Assembly: GCA_038067995.1 (NCBI GenBank)
Contig: JBBTMW010000136.1
Location: 1-26,425 of the forward strand
Direction: 5' to 3'
From: Candidatus Zixiibacteriota bacterium
GTDB lineage: Bacteria > Zixibacteria > MSB-5A5 > GN15 > FEB-12
DNA: 26,425 bases
Shown: piece by piece, positions 23,922 to 26,425 of the stretch
Layout: the number at the start of each line of letters is the position of its first letter
How positions within the stretch are numbered: position 1 is the stretch's first letter
Program-made: the position numbers and the translations under genes
The notes under the pieces: model-generated
What the model saw: the letters and a program-made list of their open reading frames with translations, nothing else
Databases searched by the model: none
Told to the model about the DNA's origin: nothing

Positions 23922-25236
23922 GACCAACCTTTTCAATAAGTCGGCGATTATCGCCGCCTTTCTGCTCGTTTTAGTCGCACCCCATGCTCGTGCCGAGCGG
24001 GAGATAGTCGACGAGATCATAGCCGTTGTCGGCGACACGGTCATTCTTGGCTCGGAAGTGGCAAACCAGATACGGATGTATTTGCTCCAGGGCAACGTTC
24101 AGCTCAAGAGCGAGGAAGAGGCACGCAAGCTCCAGAACGACATTCTTGAGCAGATGATTAACGACCACCTCCTTCTTTCTGCCGCTAAAGAAGACACCTC
24201 CATTGTCATTCGCGACGAAGAGGTTGACGCCGCCCTCGATGACCACATCGCCCGAATCAGCAAGAACTTTCCATCCATGGAAGACTTCGAACAGGCGTTG
24301 ACCGCCGAGGGACTGACCCTTCGTGACCTGAAAAAACAGTATCGCGACGACGCCCGAAGCACCCTTCTCAAACAGCGTTTCATTCAGAGAAAACTCTACA
24401 ATGTGTCGGTGTCGCGCCATGAGGTGGAGTCATTTTTCGCCCGCTTCAAGGATTCAATTCCCTCTCAGCCTGAGGCAAGCAAGCTGGCGCATATTCTACT
24501 TCGCGTCATGCCGAGCAAAGGGGTTGAAGATTCCGTTCGCGATTTCGCAGTGTCGCTCAGGCAACGAATTCTCGAAGGGGCCGATTTTGCAACCATCTCC
24601 TCCCGATACTCAAGCATAGGCGCTGGCGCCAACGGCGGCGACCTTGGATATGTCTCGCGCGAAGACGTTGTCCCCGAATTTGCCCGAGCCGCTTTCAATC
24701 TTAAACCGGGGGAAATGTCAGGCGTGATTCGCACTCAGTTCGGCTATCATATCATTAAGTGCGAGGGGAAGGAAGAACCCAGGCTCCGTCTGCGCCATGT
24801 CCTTCTTGCTGTCACGCCGACCTCAGAGGATACGGCGCGGCTGAATCATCTTGCCGACTCCCTGGTGGGCATAATCGGTCAGGGGGCGGATTTCGCCGAA
24901 CTTGCAAAGGCTTTTTCTGAGGATGCCGACTCCCGCGCCAATGGCGGCGAACTGGGGTGGTTTACCCCCGAAAACCTTCCGCATGATCTCGTCGACGACA
25001 TTGCCGGTTGGAAAACTGCGGGAGAGATTCGCGGTCCGGTGGCGTCATCGCAGGGGATGCACATTCTCAAACTTCTTGACTACACTCCTGCAAAAACTCT
25101 CGACCTGGTAGCCGATTTCGACCGCATCAAAGATATGGCCCGCGAAGAAAAGACCGGCCGGTTGGTCGACTCATGGATTAAAGGCCTGCGCGAAAAGGCG
25201 TATATAGAGGTGCACCTGCCTCAACATGCGAATTGA
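23890..25236 (+). CDS. surA: SurA-like periplasmic chaperone/PPIase
   Basis: SurA N-domain (IVDEIIAVVGDTVIL.SEV); two parvulin domains (AHILL...GADFATI...GGDLGY...FGYHIIK; RHVLL...GADFAELA...GGELGW...GMHILK). Confidence 0.85.
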   Translation: MLQLNLARRIKTNLFNKSAIIAAFLLVLVAPHARAEREIVDEIIAVVGDTVILGSEVANQIRMYLLQGNVQLKSEEEARKLQNDILEQMINDHLLLSAAKEDTSIVIRDEEVDAALDDHIARISKNFPSMEDFEQALTAEGLTLRDLKKQYRDDARSTLLKQRFIQRKLYNVSVSRHEVESFFARFKDSIPSQPEASKLAHILLRVMPSKGVEDSVRDFAVSLRQRILEGADFATISSRYSSIGAGANGGDLGYVSREDVVPEFARAAFNLKPGEMSGVIRTQFGYHIIKCEGKEEPRLRLRHVLLAVTPTSEDTARLNHLADSLVGIIGQGADFAELAKAFSEDADSRANGGELGWFTPENLPHDLVDDIAGWKTAGEIRGPVASSQGMHILKLLDYTPAKTLDLVADFDRIKDMAREEKTGRLVDSWIKGLREKAYIEVHLPQHAN

Positions 25237-25480
25237 CGACTTCCTATCGACAGTCGGACTAATCAAGCGACGTACCGAAGCCAAAGACCTCGGCGATGCC
25301 GGGATGATTGAGGTAAACGGACGGCGTGTAAAGCCCTCCTATATTGTAAAGGTGCGGGATATCATCCGCCTCAAAGGGGCGCATCCATTTGCGGTGGAAG
25401 TTCTCGACGTCCCCACTCGTTCGGTCTCCAAAGATATCCGTGAACGGTACTTTCGTTCCGTCACTGCCCCCGGGGCGTAA
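25226..25480 (+). CDS. S4-domain RNA-binding protein, YabO/RqcP-like
   Basis: MRIDDFL..VGLIKRRTEAK....G.IEVNGR.VKPS..VKV.DII matches the YabO/HslR-type S4 pattern; short form without the Hsp15 C-terminal helix. Confidence 0.8.
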   Translation: MRIDDFLSTVGLIKRRTEAKDLGDAGMIEVNGRRVKPSYIVKVRDIIRLKGAHPFAVEVLDVPTRSVSKDIRERYFRSVTAPGA

Positions 25481-25531
25481 GGCGGAGTGAATGGCTGTTC
25501 CAATTTAAATGGGCGGGTGTCCCACCTTTCA

Positions 25532-25701
25532 GGGCTTGTTGAAAAACTCCCAATGTGTGTCGTCTCGAGCGAAGTCGAGAGACGGTTACTCTGGGAAGAA
25601 TACCAACTTGATGTTAGACAACGCATCTCGTCTCCGCTCGATGCGACACGCCAGAAGGCGATTCCCCCATTTTATATGTCTGCCACTTTTTCAACTAGCC
25701 C
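25532..25701. mobile_element. MITE-like element 2 (170 bp), homolog of element 1 in opposite orientation
   Basis: TIR gggcttgttgaaaaa / tttttcaactagccc (14/15); flanks ttca/ttta; 25616-25647 is the exact reverse complement of 1508-1539. Confidence 0.85.
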
Positions 25702-25747
25702 TTTAGGTAGGATTGACACTGGGATGCATCACTGGAACCCACCTGAA

Positions 25748-25909
25748 GGGCTTGTTGAAAAAGTGTGTTTGAGCTAAATGCTCATTTCTGTCATTCCCGC
25801 GCAGGCGGGAATCCATCTTGTCTTCCAAAGAGTTAGGACTGGACTCCCGCCTTCGCGGGAGTGACATTTGTGAGGGTGCGGCGGAGATTGAAGGTTTTTC
25901 AACAAGCCC
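25748..25909. mobile_element. MITE-like element 3 (162 bp) with different cargo
   Basis: Perfect 15-bp TIR gggcttgttgaaaaa / tttttcaacaagccc; TGAA duplicated at 25744-25747 and 25910-25913; interior holds a family C doublet. Confidence 0.9.
25789..25866. repeat. Inverted doublet of family C repeats inside MITE 3
   Basis: tgtcattcccgcgcaggcgggaatcca ... tggactcccgccttcgcgggagtgaca. The right arm shows compensatory att/aat to act/agt changes relative to 396-429. Confidence 0.85.
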
Positions 25910-25992
25910 TGAAAGGTGGGCCACCCCGTCCACGTCAAAAAATGGACATCAATAATTACTGTTGTCAACAGAATTTAAGATGGGCCGTGCAT

Positions 25993-26425
25993 TTATTTCT
26001 GGCCAATCGCAGTGTCCGACAGGTTGCCAAAATGGGCTAAAATCTTTCGATAATCCGATCTGCCTGCACCGGTCGCGCGGAACGCCATAAGGCATCCCCG
26101 GGCAGTGGAGGAATCTCCAACTCTCAACGCCACAATCAGTTGCACAAGGGATGCGCCGGGGGAGTCGGGGTCACCAGCCCTTAGAGAGTCGGCCACCATC
26201 AGCGCGGAATCCAGATAATTTTGGTAGTAATAGGCGAGAGCCAATCCTTCTAGGATGTTTGTATTCCTCCGGCCAATTTGCCGCCCCTTATGGAAAACCG
26301 CCGCAGCTGAGTCGTATTGCCTCATTTCCAGATACAACTGCCCCAGTTCGTTCCAGATCGGCACCAGGTAAGGCCCAATTGAAAGCGCGCGCTGATAGAG
26401 CACTAATGAGGTATCAAACTTTCCT
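25993..26425 (-). CDS. TPR-repeat protein, C-terminal part (begins outside the window)
   Basis: Frame stays open to the window edge (GKFDTSLVLYQRAL...); TPR-like WNELGQLYLEMRQYDSAAAVFHK and LEGLALAYYYQNYLDSAL. Confidence 0.75.
   Translation of the reverse strand, partial: GKFDTSLVLYQRALSIGPYLVPIWNELGQLYLEMRQYDSAAAVFHKGRQIGRRNTNILEGLALAYYYQNYLDSALMVADSLRAGDPDSPGASLVQLIVALRVGDSSTARGCLMAFRATGAGRSDYRKILAHFGNLSDTAIGQK

Larger units (their letters stand above)
25515..25926. repeat. Inverted REP-A doublet (REPIN-like) with both loops interrupted by mini-elements
   Basis: gggtgtcccacct-ttca[MITE2]ttta-ggtaggatt, short spacer, ggaacccacc-tgaa[MITE3]tgaa-aggtgggccaccc. Confidence 0.85.

Noticed and set aside
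331-25930. CRISPR array among the repeated sequences
   Set aside because: Repeats are dispersed, often inverted, and not separated by regular unique spacers; no cas genes are present.
25339-25968. ORFs 25339-25626, 25487-25777, 25509-25706, 25703-25933 and 25774-25968
   Set aside because: Artefacts of stop-poor palindromic repeats; their shared peptides (PTFQGLLK, AHLSGLVEK) simply translate the REP and TIR.

Overview
Mostly housekeeping chromosome, interleaved with an unusually rich set of palindromic repeats. The host is probably an FCB-group diderm such as candidate division Zixibacteria; this is an inference from a dockerin-like tail (YLFKGGPPPP) and gene content. Core genes: partial ECF sigma factor, pcrA/uvrD, rpmA, Asp/Glu-family racemase, 7-repeat beta-propeller lipoprotein, lolC/E-lolD-mcsA-mcsB-clpC (no ctsR), NAD-dependent epimerase, protease-less double-PDZ protein, hprK, two parvulin PPIases, a YabO/RqcP-like S4 protein and a partial TPR protein. 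Accessory DNA: a membrane-anchored Mrr-like nuclease, a four-gene secreted-protein operon, and a possible slice of a toxin-immunity array. Main finding: a 659-bp element (17822-18480) encoding a REP-associated HUH tyrosine transposase (RAYT). It is bounded by perfect 30-bp inverted REP hairpins and flanked by a 7-bp direct repeat (CGCCGAA). Removing it plus one repeat copy rejoins an NHL-repeat gene in frame to a dockerin-like tail, so this RAYT looks mobile rather than domesticated. A second, 92%-identical RAYT 3' end with the same REP lies at 702-838. Three other copies of that REP are interrupted at exactly the same loop position by 162-171 bp TIR-bounded mini-elements (GGGCTTGTTGAAAAA ends), which themselves carry doublets of other palindromic repeats. 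No CRISPR array, tRNA or rRNA was seen.
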